From contig OZ024742.1 in the NCBI GenBank assembly GCA_964016885.1, positions 202,430,001 through 202,494,000 of the forward strand: 64,000 bases of DNA. Reading direction: 5' to 3'. The notes under the pieces are model-generated. The model saw only the letters and a program-made list of their open reading frames with translations. It searched no databases and was not told where the DNA came from. This DNA comes from Eledone cirrhosa (Eukaryota). Positions 43,297-57,946 of this stretch are shown in pieces (the first letter of the stretch is position 1; each line of letters begins with the position of its first letter). The position numbers and the translations under genes were made by a program.

Positions 43297-43600
43297 TCGA
43301 AATATAGCAAGGGAATATAACAGATAAAATCCATGGGTCTGAAAATCAGAGACAAGAGGACGACCGACTATTTAGCAGCTTCTACCTCAGTCGGTCGCCC
43401 TGATCATAGTATAATAAACCTTTCAAGGATTTACACCAGTCCAGCCTCCTGTTATTTTATAATAATTAACTCCATACTCGCACCACCAACTACACAAACA
43501 AAGACGGGCGAGTTGCATTACGTTGAGTACTCTCGATATTACATCGAGATTGACCATACGGAATGACCAGTTCTATCCAGTTGTGAACCAACTAACCTAA

Positions 43601-43643
<43 letters not shown>

Positions 43644-43650
43644 CACGCAC

Positions 43651-43732
<82 letters not shown>

Positions 43733-45590
43733 CGTTTCTGAATTTGTATAACAATATATATAAATAAAATAACAGGAAGCTGGACTGGTGTAAATCCTTG
43801 AAAGGTTTATTATACTATGATCATTTCAATGACCTGGTTCCATTGAGTACTCTGCACAATATTACACCAAGATTGACCATACGGAATGACCAATTCTATC
43901 CAGTGGTGAACCAACAAACCTAAATAAATAATGCTCCAATAATGTTGAGCACTTCCAAATGTAATATTGAACAGCGGCACTGACTTCAGTGTACAGCTAT
44001 TGCCAGCATGGGATTAACTGATCTACTTACCATTCGGATTTTGGCTGCTCTGTGCTTTATCTACCGCCACCTGATACTACTTCCTTGTCGGGATGATTCC
44101 GATTCCGACAAAACTCTACGTATTATACTAAAACATGTATTGTATTGACTGAATTCTCTACTCTATACCTCAGGACTTTTTTGTGACTCACACTGAATTC
44201 GGAGACTCGAACTTTACACTAGGTACAACCTGTTACCATTCCATCTCCTCCATCCTCTATATCTATATGTACAACCTGTATTATCTTACTACAACTTGAT
44301 CTATATGTATTTCTCCTACACTGTGATTCCTCCTATACGTTCTTATATACTTCCGTCTGTCTACATCCCTAGTTATTTACTTTTATTAATTTTTTTATTA
44401 ATTTATTAATTTATTAATGTATTTTTATCAATGTATTTTATATTTATATTTGTATTTTATCTTTGTATCCTGCTTTTATTATTTTTTTGTAACTTTCCTT
44501 ACTCAGGACATTAAGCACCTTTCATAGCCCCCTACCCACCAAAGAACCACACTACTTATAACCCGGACTAACTGGGACTTTAAAATAATTATGGTCTATT
44601 TGCACTTTTCATTGGGTTTCTACCTTCGACTTATGTGGTGGCTTTTCCCGGCTGCGCGCTGGGCACTCGGAAAGTTCAGCCTTCCTTGAGTGCTCGGAAA
44701 AATAAATTTCTCCTCTTTCGGTAAACGAAATTACTCGGAGCGGAAGGCTTTGCCCCGGTCCCACCGCACCGCCTGTTTTAGCCGCCATATTATACTTATG
44801 CCTATAAACTCCAGGTTTAGGCATAACTATTAGCTGTATCATGCCTCTACTGGCACGTAAATAAACCCCTCATGTGTGATTTAATAATATTCATTTGTAG
44901 ACTTCCCGCCAACACTCCCGGGGCCTAAGGTAGCTACGTTCCTAGACTACTCGGAAACATTAATTTCCATTTCTTTCGCTGGACGATACCACTCGAAACT
45001 GCTGACTCATGGTTGGGGAGTGCTGGCTGGGACTCGCAATCGAAATCTTTACTCTATATCCCATCCTAATATCTTATCGAGATAAATTTTTTCATGTAAG
45101 ACTCTCTCCGTAAGTTCATTAAATACATCTCGCTACCTTAACCTTTAATTTTCTAATAATTTAGTTTTCAATTTATCATTTTGCAATTTAATACTTTTAA
45201 TTTAATTTAATTTAATTTCATCCTATAACTAGCAACATAAGTTTAACGTTCCAATTTTCGGTTCACACATTAGACCATATAGATTCTTTGGAGTAGCATT
45301 TTTCGCGGCATTTTCTAGCATGAATGTAGTGTGACCCTTACGCTGACTTCTTTCTTCCTTTTTTCTTCTTTCTTCCTTTCGTTATTTCTACCCTTTTTTC
45401 TTTGACGGAGAGGTGGTAGTGCATTATAATCCTTCGCCCCCTCACCAGATGGTCATTAGTAGATTCAGTTGCCATTACTTTGAGGGCGACTGGCCGAGGT
45501 GAAGGCAGCTAGTTGGTCAGTCCTCGTCTTTGCCTCTGTCTCTGATTTTTCGGACCCATGGTTTTTTACATATTCCTTTGTTATATTCCA

Positions 45591-45648
45591 ATACCTGATG
45601 ATATCACTGGATTCATATCGAACCCGGTCATTGAAATGATCATAGTAT
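45591..45648 (+). ncRNA. Type I hammerhead ribozyme
   Basis: atac-CTGATGA-tatcactgg..ccggtcatt-GAAAT-gatc-ATA-gtat. Confidence 0.8.
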
Positions 45649-45867
45649 AATAAACCTTTCAAGGATTTTCACCAGTCCAGCCTCCTGTTATTATTTTGTT
45701 TATAATTAACACAAACGAAGACGGGTGAACTGCACTGCGTTGAGTACTCTCCACAATATTACACCAAGATTGACCATACGGAATGACCAATTCTATCCAG
45801 TGGTAAACCAACAAACCTAAAGAAATATATATACTTATATATATATATATATACATATACACATATA

Positions 45868-45902
<35 letters not shown>

Positions 45903-46042
45903 TTATGCATATGTATATATATATATATATGAATATATATGTATATATATCAAAATAAAAAAAACGAGTTAAAAACTCGCGTTAATCCCCTGTAATTCAA
46001 CAAATACCTCTTTATGTTTTTTTCTCAATATACTGTCTTATG

Positions 46043-46077
<35 letters not shown>

Positions 46078-46148
46078 CGGTGAGTCTGTACGTGTATGTG
46101 TGTGTGTATGTGTATGTGTATGTGTGTGTGTGTGTATATATATGTATA

Positions 46149-46200
<52 letters not shown>

Positions 46201-46975
46201 ATGCATATAGACAGACATACATACATAAATGCATACATATCCTACAAACACATATATATCCTTGTGTGGTGTTTCTGTACATGTGAGTGTATGTGAATAT
46301 ATTTTGCGTTGCTTCCGTATGTATACGTGTGTAACATAACCAAACGTATAATCATCAGTTTGTACGCACCAATTGGTGTGTTATATCAAAATCTGTGAAT
46401 TTGTCTCAAACGAAAATAAGAAGCGAACCTGATAATTAGCCAGACATGAAGACATGATTCTAGCTAATAAATAACATTTTCCATGTAACTCTACCGACAT
46501 CCAATTATTTTTTTTTTTTACTACATACGATGATTTAGTTGATAGATAAACGGCTGCTATAAAGACCTTAACAACCTTAATATTATCTTCGTGGCTAGTC
46601 TTTCTTGACACGTTATGTTGAAAGCTGAAGTCTGTAAATGTTATTGCCTTTGGTAATTTAAGAACTGCGTTGAATTGAAGTGACAAATTGTATTTGAATA
46701 GCTCAAGTTTGGTTTGTTTCGCTTTGGTTCGGTTTGGTTTAGTTTGGTTAGGTTTGGTTCAAGCCAAGAAAGGACGTAAGCAGGAATGGTGTTTATGTTT
46801 ACACAGGATATGTTGCGTTGGCTGTACCCAGTTATCCAAAGTATCAAGAAAATAGGTTGCCTATGCACGGTGATAACAGCGGTTTCCCAGAATGGGTTCA
46901 GCCAATCTCCAGCCAGTGTTTCCACAGCATGGTGAAACGAGGCATACTATACACGACAGTTACATCTATCTATCT

Positions 46976-49265
46976 ACTGAGCCAATGCGGCAAACGCAAA
47001 TCTCCAGGTCTCGACGGTCTACCCTACGAATTTTACGTAGCAATGCCGGACTTATTCTCCGGTCTCCTGGAAGCGGTCTACTGCAACTGGCAACAGAACG
47101 GGAGAATTCCCAGTGCTGTGACCGGGGTCGTAGTCACACTAGTCAGGAAGGACGAGAATAAGGGGGATAACATAAGCAACTTCTGGCCCATAACTCTGCT
47201 AAACACAGAGTTACAGATTTTGGCCAAGGTGTTGGCAAAGAGGCTGGCGCTTGTCGTCGAGAACCCGGGGGGAGAAGCGCAGACATGCGCAATCCCGACC
47301 AGGTCCATACACGACAACCTCCACCTCATGCGATACATCATAGAGAGGGTAGGATGTAAACCAGGCTTCGGTGGGGCCCTGATCAACTTGGATCAGTGTA
47401 AGGCTTTCGATATGGTTGACTATCGTTACCTGGATGCGGTGCTCGAGGCGGCAGGCTTCGGACCCGTGTTCAGGGGCTGGATTGCTGCAATGCACAACAG
47501 CAACATTTGCTCAAGGGTTAAGGTGAACGGCTGCCTCTCGGAGCCGTTCCATATCACGCGATCCATTCGACAGGGATACCCTCTCTCCTCCCTTCTGTAC
47601 GTACTGACTCTCGAGCCACTACTGCGGAAGTTGGAGCTATTGCAGGGCATCCCTCTGGAACCGGGACTGCGCAAAGCGGCGTCGGCCTTAGCCGACGACG
47701 TGGCAGTAATGGTGTCGAGCGCCTCGCAAATCGAGGAAGTCGGCACCTTACTGAAGGAATACGAAAGGCTCACAGGGGCGAAGCTGAACCGGCACAAGTC
47801 CATCGGTTTGCAACTCGGATCGTGGAGAGGCAAACCGATAGTTTCCGATGGCGTTGTCGGACGCTGGACGGAAGGACCAGTAAAGCCGCTCGGGGTCTGG
47901 TTTGGTCCGGACCTCCAGGTGGGGAAGAACTAGATCGAGGTGTCGGCCAAGGTGTTTGCACTCACCCAGAAGTGGGCCGAGTGCAAACTATCCTTGAAAG
48001 GTCGAGCGGAGGTGGCGAACACTTTTATAACGTCCGCCATCTACTACCGCTTGACCGTCGTGCCTTGTCCAGCCAAAACGCTCACCAAAATGGAGCGCCC
48101 GCTCTTCCAATTCCTTTGGAAGAGGCGGGCTCCTTTGGTGAAAAGATCCATCTGCTGCCAACACCCTTCCAACGGAGGGCTGGGAATGCCGTGGCTGACG
48201 ATGCGCAAACACTAGCTCAGGCTGCGGCATCTCAACGTATTCCTCACCGGACAACCGGTGTGGGTCCCGGTCGTGAGGCGAGCCTTCCCACGACTCGTCT
48301 CGCCGACCGAGCTGCAGTCTTGGGTCAAGCAAAGACCGAGGAAAATGGGCGACTGGCACATCGAATGTGCTCAGGCGCTCACAACCCTCTGGAAGGGTTG
48401 ATCCGCAGCAAGTGCGACGACGTGCTCGGTGAAACTCTAGGCGTAGAGGAAGATGAACTGGCAAGTCTGTTCGGTAGGACCTTCGGCCCGGGACCGATGG
48501 ACAACTTCCAAAAGTGCCTGGCCTGGCAGTGCTACCCAGGATCTCTGTCAGTTCGAGACAAGCTCTACAGACATGGGCGCCTGGGCAGGGACCCTGCAAA
48601 AAAGATCTGTCCGAGGTGTGGGCGAGACGAAGAAACCGTCGCGCACGCTTTCATACACTGCCCGGGCGTCACCGACCTGTGGGAATATGTAGAACGACTA
48701 TTGCCGCGGGTGGGACCAATCCGGTTGATAACCGAGTCCATTGTCATGATCAAACCGCCACCCTCCTTCAAAAACGAAGGAGAGGCGGTTTTCCTTTGTG
48801 TGATAGCTATGGCGAAAGAGGTTGTATGGTGGACAAGGTTGAAAGGGCTGAGGTCAGACACCTTTCTCTCCGGCCAACAACTGATTCTTTTTTTCAAATA
48901 CCACTTTGGTAGAAGAATCAGGATGGAGAGAGAGGTGCTGTACCCCAGCATATTTTATGAAAGGTGGGTGAAAGTGGCGAGAATGGCCCGAGTGAATGGG
49001 CCTTCTCTCTATATCAGCCTGTAGGTTGAGGAAAAAGAGGAGGAGAGGAAAGGAGTACAAACTCTTCGTACTCCTGGAGATGAGGGTTGCACATTTTTTT
49101 TCGGGGGTAAGTGTTACCCATATAAACTGTCTCCCCCTATTGGGGAAAATCGACTAATTTTTAAAATTGCATTTGTGATAATATTTTACACGTTTTTATT
49201 GTATGTAAATTTCCCCCTTTGTATTTGTCCCCTTCTTTTGTGCCCCTGTGGCTAATAAAGAAACA
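46976..49265 (+). mobile_element. 5'-truncated Tx1/L1-type LINE (ORF2 RT + zinc finger), disrupted
   Basis: KSPGLDGLPYEFY, PITLLN, LDQCKAFD, RQGYPLS, LADD, GGLGMP, CPRCG..ETVAHAFIHC; 3' end aataaagaaaca; (TATC)n on both sides. Confidence 0.92.
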
Positions 49266-49312
<47 letters not shown>

Positions 49313-49616
49313 TTATATCTATCTATATCTATATGTATACATACATACACACACATATATGTATATATAGTCCAGGTTCGTCTTTAACCTGTCTTTATTT
49401 TTCGTTGTTGTAGTATTAAAGTGGCGACATGCCTCTGGTCGCATTATTCATTGTGTCATTGTTACCTAACTTCTGGTGTTTACTCGGAGGAGAAATTTAT
49501 TAATAAATCTATCATCGGTTGCGAATCTGCTACTTGCAGCTGGAACTTCGATTATACTCATTACTATTGTATGTGCCAAAAGTAGAAACAATTATATATA
49601 TATATATATATATATA

Positions 49617-49733
49617 TCAGAAGATCCCGTTAAGGGTGAAAGCAGCGATTCTTTGCTTACACTTTAATCTGTTATTTTAATAAATATATATATATATATA
49701 TAGTAATAATATATATATATAGTAATAATATAA

Positions 49734-49764
<31 letters not shown>

Positions 49765-49795
49765 GTAATAATATATATATATAGTAATAATATAA

Positions 49796-49826
<31 letters not shown>

Positions 49827-52800
49827 GTAATAATAATAAATTTGAAGACTAAAATCCAAAGAGGGCTCGAGAAGGATAAATATATATAAAATATATAAGA
49901 ACTGTAGATCAAATATTTATTAAAATAACAGATTAAAGTTTAAGCAAAGAATTCTTTGCTTAAACTTTAATCTGTTATTTTAATAAATATTTGCTCTACG
50001 GTTCTTATATATTTTATATATATATATATATATATATTTAATAAAATAACAGATTAAAGTTTAAGCAAAGAATCCCTGCATTCACCCTTAACGGGATCTT
50101 CTGAAACTAATAAAGTCAATCTGTAAACGCAGAAGTGGATATTTCAAAAAACGTTGCAATCGGAGGAAGACAGGAAGACGATACTTTGGTTCGTGGTAAC
50201 GTTCCCTGGCAGAGAACGGGAAAAAACGAATATAATACGTCATTAATAGGAGCGGTGAAAAACAATTACACGCAAAGACAGAACCACGTATATGGTATAA
50301 AAGAAGTCGCAGACTAATGTTCTCTTAGGTGGTTCATTGAGACGTTCTCTGGCAATGAACTGAAAAAACGAAGTTAATACGTCTTTGCACGCAAAGACAA
50401 AACCACGTAAATAGTATAGCAGAAGTCGTAGACTAAAATTCTAAGTAGGAAACCGAATGATTCTCCGCTTCAGAGTTAAGAATAAACTAAATAAAATACA
50501 ATACAGAGGTAATTGATATTAAATAAATACATACACGCATCCAAATACGTACATACACAAGCTTACGCGAAAACACTCGCCATAGGTATACAAAACCATG
50601 CACATATATATGTGTGTGTGTGTGTGCGTGTATACAAATAAATAAGTAATTAAATAAACGTATATAAATAAATAAATACGTATATAACAAGCGCACACAC
50701 ATACCTTCATGTAAATACACAAATGTTCGGAGACTACGTCAACCAAAACATGAAGTACACAAATACACACACCCAACATGCGTACGAACCCGCCTACTCA
50801 CACAGACGCAAAACTCCCGTATACACATAATCAAAAGCAAATGTACCAGAATATATTAAAAAATATACGCCATAACATATACAATCAAATATACGTACGA
50901 GAAAGTATACGTACCTTCACAAAACATACAGGTAATATTTACTTATTTATGCAAATAAGTAATGGTATAAACATAACATATACTTAGCTACCACATCAAG
51001 ACGTAAAATATCCACGTATAGATCGTACTATCCGTTAGGGTATAATATGGGGCTGTAATACAGGAAAGTTTTGTGCAATTTATGTTTACAAGCCGAAATT
51101 GCCTCAGATTTTTTGTTTAAGATGTGGTCTGTGGCGTAGAGTATTTCCAGGGTCTCAGCGGCGCAGAGGTCACGTGGTCTTTTATTTCCGTTATACGATC
51201 TAGCCTTAGCTAGGATCTCCCAGTGTAACTTATATTGGGTGTGGTTGTCTTTTAGACTCCAGATATAAGCTGAAAGTGACGTCATATTCCTTCTTAGAGG
51301 GTAACGAAAAGAATGGGTATGCATGTAAAGACGCTGCTTGAATCTATTGGCGGTTAACCCTATGTAGGCCCTACGGGACATGGGTGTTTCAACCTTACAT
51401 TTGTAGACAATGTTACTAGAGAGGCATTTCCCGGATAGGGGGCAATCAACCCGATTCCTGCAATTACAGTTAGTACTAACTACAGGGTTGCACGTGTTCC
51501 TACGGCTGGGTAGTTTAGCTAAATTTAAAGCTGTGATGTTATGTGCAAGGTTAGGAGTCGTAGAGTAAGAAATGTTAATAGTATTTCTATTAAAAATTTT
51601 ACTATATTTGTGTAGGTGGAAAATGCTTCGTAATAAGGGATAGAAAGATCTTAGCTAATGGTGTGGCCACCTCCATATTATATGGTGGGTTATACCATAT
51701 AATGCGTCGGGATCTATTTCTTCTAGGTCTATTCCCGTACTCTGTATATGCTACCTTTTCGACAAATCCACTCCGAGTAAGAGCTTCATTGTAATAAGTG
51801 GAATGGTCGTTGAAAATATTCTCGTTAGTAGATAGACGTGAAAGCCTCAACGAAACGTTTCTTACCAGGTTCTTGGTTATGCTGGCAGGTTGGTTGGAAT
51901 GCTTACTTATGTAATTAAGCGTATCATTCGGCTTTCTATTCGGGTAATACAAGCCATTCGATAAATTGAGGGTAACGTCGAGGTAATTAACGACCGAGAG
52001 GTTAGCTTCAACCTGTATAGGAGGCTGTGAGTTCTTTTCTGAACCTGTCGCAAGCACGAGGGCCGCACTTAGTCATGGTCAAATGACCATCATCACGGTA
52101 CAAACCACCGCCCACGTTGGGGAATTCGTCCTTGATAGAGAAAAGAAGGAAAAGGCCGATAAGATCAGTAACCTCCGCAGAATCGCTGGCGCCCATACTC
52201 ACGTCGAATGTGGTACTATTGGATTTTTTAATCCAAATAGAGTCGTCTAAATTAATCATCGACTTACGGGCATTGAGGATGACATCAACTTCGAAATCCT
52301 TAACCACTGTGAGTGTTTTAGCGAAATTGATAACTCTAAGGAGAAGTGGTAAAGTGATGGAGGAGTAGTAATTATTGATGTCGAATTGGATAAAACGGCA
52401 ATGTTCCTTGTTGCATATGCCGTTGAACCAATCAATCACCGCGAAAGAATTATTCCACAGTGCAAGAGGGGCCAAATTTCTAATTTCAGGTATAATTCTA
52501 TCAAGAATCCTTTTACTAAGTCTACCTAAATCGGACTTCGTAGGGTTAATAAGCCGAATAGAGGGGTTGTTCGGAAAATTGGATTTGTGATCCTTCAGGG
52601 TAAAGTGGGGAGAAATAGGGTTCAGAGGTTCGGTCCGGTCCAGGATGTTGAGATCTGAGGAAATGTTAAACCCAGCATCGTTGATTTCATTGATGACGCA
52701 CCGATTAGTTTTACGGTAATCCTTAGTTACAGCATTATGTAGTAGTTGATGGTAAGTACTGCGCTCCACTTGATATAGGTTGCAAGTTTTGTCGGATTGG

Positions 52801-53296
52801 ACGTGCACGGCATTAGAATCCTTAATAGAACGAATTCTAATCTTCAGGTCCTGCTGGAAGGAATTGCTCCTATTCCGAAATTTGATACTCCGTATGAGTT
52901 CCAAGACATCATTTTCGAAGTGTAGCAATGCTGGGTTTCACGGAGGGTTATTATAGGTTTTAAACCAAAATTTATTCTGTTTGTTGTCAGCTTTTCGTGG
53001 ATTATCGAAATAAAAGGCACGCCAACGCAACCTTTTAATGAACGCGTCTGTTTTCTGCATCAGGAGTTTTAGGTATGTTTTCCTGCTTGGTACGGGTATG
53101 TTCTTTGTAGAAATATTCAGATGTTGTTTCTGCATGATTAATATAAATCAATAGAGTGCTCAACCGAGGGAAGCGATTCTTTGCTTAAACTTTAATCTGT
53201 TATTTTAATAAATATTTACTCTATGGTTCTTATATATTTGATATATTTTATCCTTATCGAGCCCTTTTTGGATTTTAGTTTCAAATTTATTATTAT

Positions 53297-53305
<9 letters not shown>
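49617..53305 (-). mobile_element. Near-full-length Penelope-like element with rearranged pLTRs
   Basis: pLTR pieces at 53172-53300, 49850-50180 and 49617-49690; U4A HHR-like motif 50058-50108; (TA)n flanks. Confidence 0.88.
51028..53135 (-). pseudogene. Frameshifted PLE ORF (RT + C-terminal GIY-YIG)
   Basis: KNIPVPS..KRLRWRA; RLINPTKSDLG; QFDINNYYSSI; MGASDSAEVTDLIG; GLYRDDG; VNYLDVTL; AYIGLTANRFKQR. Confidence 0.92.
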
Positions 53306-53381
<76 letters not shown>

Positions 53382-53512
53382 GATAAATCTACCAAAAGTT
53401 TACGGTAGTGTCCAATCCGTTTGAAGAACTCAATGTAATCCGGATATCATGAAAAGAGAAGATGCATTCAAAAACTACTTTCGGTGAAAAATAAACGGAA
53501 AACAGAGTCAAG

Positions 53513-53999
<487 letters not shown>

Positions 54000-54099
54000 A
54001 GATTGTTAAACAATATTCAATGATTATGTCAAAGAATGAGTTTTACAGTAGATTGGAAGCACTCAACGAGAAAAAATAATTTTCTGGAGTTATTAATAT

Positions 54100-54409
54100 T
54101 AAAATATAAGTATTAATAAAATAGATGTTCTTTTGATCAATTACATTTTATTATACATATTTCGGATGTACAACAGTACGTCTTGATCAGCAAAATATAA
54201 TGATACATGACATACCCTGAGATGTTAAATGGTTAAGATTTAATCAAGATTAAATTAAGATTTAATCAAGATTTAATCAAGATTAAATCTTACCCATTTA
54301 ACATCTCAGGGTATGTCATATTTTGCTGATCAGGACGTACTGTTGTACATCCGAAATATGTATAATAAAATGTAATTGATCAAAAGAACATCTATTTTAT
54401 TAATACTTA

Positions 54410-54416
<7 letters not shown>
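54100..54416. repeat. Fold-back element with degenerate HHR-like motifs
   Basis: Reverse-complementary arms; CTGATCA-ggacgtac(tgtt)gtacatcc-GAAAT-atgt-ATA. Confidence 0.55.
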
Positions 54417-54453
<37 letters not shown>

Positions 54454-55074
54454 TTTTGCGAGGTTTTTGATATGAAATCGTGTGTCGAAACAAATATTGT
54501 TATATTTGGGGAGGGTCATATTTGTGTGATAATATTGCCAGAATTAATAACAGAACACACTCACTGTTTGGTTGGTTTTCGCTTCTGTGTCTTTTATATC
54601 GGTTAATTTAATTTATTCGGTCCTCAATGTTGCCATTGACTGACCAACGGTCAAACATACAAATACACAAACACATATATATAGTCTATCAAAGTTCTTT
54701 CCTTGCACATCTGCAACATCGTCAGTGGTGCTATTATGTTTCCTCCCGTTGCATTGTATGCTTACGCCATCTTTATTTAGTCAGTTTATTTATTTATTTA
54801 TTTGTTTATTTTTTGTCTTCTCTGCGCATGCGTTTGCGTGTGTCTATAGTGTTTTGTTTGATGTGTGTTCTTGTTTTGGTGACCGTGTACTGGTTAATGT
54901 ATTCTATCTTAGTTTACACGAGTGTATTTATATGTGTTTGTTGTTATTGTGCCTGTGTATGTATTTATTTATTTATTTATTTATTTATTTATACTTCTCT
55001 TAGGTCAAACAAATCACTATACACACACGCAAACGCATGCGCAGAGAAGACAAAAAAATAAACAAATAAATAAT

Positions 55075-57790
55075 CGAGTAGCATGCGCCCGTCGTGGTCC
55101 ACAAAAGACTGGATCGTGGCTTTGTTTCCACGACGCGCCTCCGTCACTCGGGCCCATTGAACGGCTTTCGTCCCCCCGTGTCTGAGAGCACGCACCCTAG
55201 CCTTCGTGCTTTGCATTGAAGAATTGGTCAAGGGCCAATTTCGTCGCAAATACGTCGGTCGCGATGCCTTTGCTAAGTGCCTCGTCTAATTTTCTAACTA
55301 CTTCTCCCTCTGATCTATTTTTCTCTATTGCTAAAGCCTTACTAAACCTAATGGACTCTATTTTAATCGCTCTTTTCAGAGCAAACCACCACTTGTTGTT
55401 GACGACGGCCCCGTCAACGCCCGCTTAACTAGTTCGCTAATCCGGTCACTGTAGGCCTTGCGCGCTGGTAATGACGCATTTAGATTCCAGTAGCCGGGTC
55501 CTCGTCTATGAAGCCTATCTAAGACAAGCACACAGATCACGAATTTGTGGTCCGTGTAGCTGACTATCTTGAATTATGGACAGCTAGACCTATCTATTTC
55601 CCTACAAAATACTCTATCTAGATATGATCTGGATGACCCTATGCGATTTGTCCAAGTCCACATTGGCACATTCGGGAAATCCAATCGGTACCTGTCAGAC
55701 AGTTCAAAACGCCTGAGCAGGTTGGTGAGGCTCTTACACCCTCCTCCTCTATCCGCTAATCCCACACAGTCCCAGCGTGCACCTAAGATCCCGTTCCAGT
55801 CGCCCACTAACACTAAAGAGCGGGACGTTCCAAAAAAGGTCTCTAGACGCCGGAAGAAATCAGGCCGCCCTGCTCCTGTCGGGGCATAGACGGCCACTAG
55901 CCTGAAAGCTAGCCTGTCTCCGCTGGTCACGTCCAGCACCACCAACTTACCTTCTGGGTCCAGGAAGATGGCCCGTTTAGCGAGATCCAAACCTCTCCGA
56001 AAAAGCACAGCAACTCCTCCCCTTCATCCCGGACGGCTAGGAGATGCGTACACATTGTAGCCGCCGAAGATCGGTGCGAAGGCCCTTGCTTCGGAGATTC
56101 TGGTTTCGCTGATGGCCACTACATCTATGTTTAGTGACCTGAGGTCGTTGAGCAGGTGGCCCTGCTTCCATGACGACCCCAAGCCACGTGCATTTATGCT
56201 GCCTATTCTGAGTGAGGTTATGTTGAAATAGAGTGGAAAAGATGGGAAAGACCACTTACTTCACTTCTCGTAGAGGAAGGATGTTTTCTCAATCCTTTTC
56301 ACTGCTTGTGGCCTCCTCCGGATGGATGTCCTTATAAATCCTCCTGATACCGTTTCCCACTCCTCGTTGTCACAATCTGTCTCCAGTTGTGATATGCCGG
56401 GGAGTGGAAAATCCTCCACAGGCGTTAGTTTTGGTTGTGGCGTGGTGGATGGTGTAGGCGCTGGTGCTAGTTCTGGCGCGTTGGGTGGTGGTGGTGTTGA
56501 TTTTGCTACTGTTGCTGGGATTGTTGCTGTTACAGTTGCTTCTGTTGTTGATGCTACAGTTGTTGCTACCATTTCTGCTGCTGGTGGTGTTGATGGTTGA
56601 GTCACTGGGGTGAGTATGGGAGGTGGCCTAAACTTTTAGCCTAAGAGAAGAAAGCCTTTAGGTGGGTTCCTTCACCACAAACGACACACCTAGGCCTTCT
56701 GCCCTGGACGATTACGGTGAGGTGGCTGCCGGCAGTGAGGTCTACTATCTCTGGGATCTCCTCAATGCTTTTTTGGTCCGCTTGGATCAGGAGCTCCATC
56801 CCAGTTCCGGACCAGTTCTCCTGCTTTTCTTTCGCTATTTCGATGATCTTGGTGTTGGCTTCGATGCGGGCGAGGACGGCAGCCATTAGCCAGGGAATTT
56901 TGATGGCCAGTGGAACGTGTGTCACCCTGATCTTCACCAGTCTCTGGCCACAACAGCTTGGGACGAGTGTGAAGTCGTCACTCCTTAATGGGGCCATGGA
57001 GTGTTCTCTAGCCTCCTGTGGTGTTTCAAAGAACACGTCCACGGTTCCATATTTCTGCCCATGTCTGATGTGGGTTTTTTAGCCCACACATGTCCCAAAG
57101 CTTTTTGGATTTGTGTCTCGGATGCCCGTTCCACTCGGCGCGATTCTATGTTAATCGTCCGATAAGACACGGTGCATAGGCGCCGATGGTCCATTTTATT
57201 ATGTGGGGAAGGGGGGGGGGGGGGCTGACCCTTTAGCCATCTTTCTTTACCCTTCTTTTGGCTTCTTCTAATTCCTCCTGAGTTACCTGGAATGCTTCAC
57301 ACTTTTTCGCTACTCTCGCAAAAGACAGGGTAGTTTTCTTAATTTCATTGTTGCTGTTGTTGTTATCGTTATTTTTGTTATTGTTCATTTTAGTTTCAGT
57401 TGTGGTGGTGGTGGCGTTAATGGTGTTCGGTGTGGAAGAGTTCATTTTGGTTGAATTCATTTCGATATCACGAGTTAATTTATTTTTTTTATTTTGTTTG
57501 TCGCTGTGGTGGTGGTGGGGGTGGCGGCTTTAACACCTGCAGTCATTGGTAATGGCGGGAAATGAATGTCTGCCTGAGACAAATTAAAAATATTGCTACT
57601 GCTTATATTTTTAGTGTTGGCAAACGTAGTAATATTTACAATGGTGGTGTCGGTGTGAGGTGTTAGTTTGTGAGGAAGGTGTGTCTGTGAGTCCTCCATG
57701 ATTTTTTTCAAATAAATTTGTGTTTGATAATTATAAAAGTTAAAATTTTGAGCTCAAGGCCCCAATCTTTTTGAGTGTCCTTTTCAGAAA
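55075..57790 (-). mobile_element. Tx1/L1-type LINE 5' part: degenerate ORF1 (zinc knuckle) + ORF2 APE endonuclease, 3'-truncated
   Basis: SFARVAK; VQGRRPRCVVCGEGTHL; RLVAVYAP; VGDWN; SYLDRVF; nearly identical to 62995-64000. Confidence 0.85.
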
Positions 57791-57946
57791 ACAATGTATG
57801 TGCACTTATATACAGTTAACAATAAACATTTTCCCTAAATGGCAATTTTAAACAACTGAAAATAACAAACCTTTGCGGAGCTCACGATAATGCGATTTAC
57901 TACGTAGGTCGCCAATAATATTAATAATAATAATAATAATAATAAT

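Larger units (their letters stand above)
43190..45825 (+). mobile_element. Complex of inverted and direct pLTR-like repeats around a largely non-coding ~1.5 kb interior
   Basis: Related blocks at 43190-43600, 43765-43925 and 45470-45820; HHRs at 43239 and 45591. Confidence 0.6.

Noticed and set aside
46818-46975. N-terminal part of the 371-aa ORF as a gene start
   Set aside because: Chance in-frame read-through from flanking DNA into a 5'-truncated LINE
54320-54372. Functional hammerhead with CTGATCA core
   Set aside because: C3-C8 breaks the required 3-8 pair and the stem I register is off; kept only as a degenerate motif
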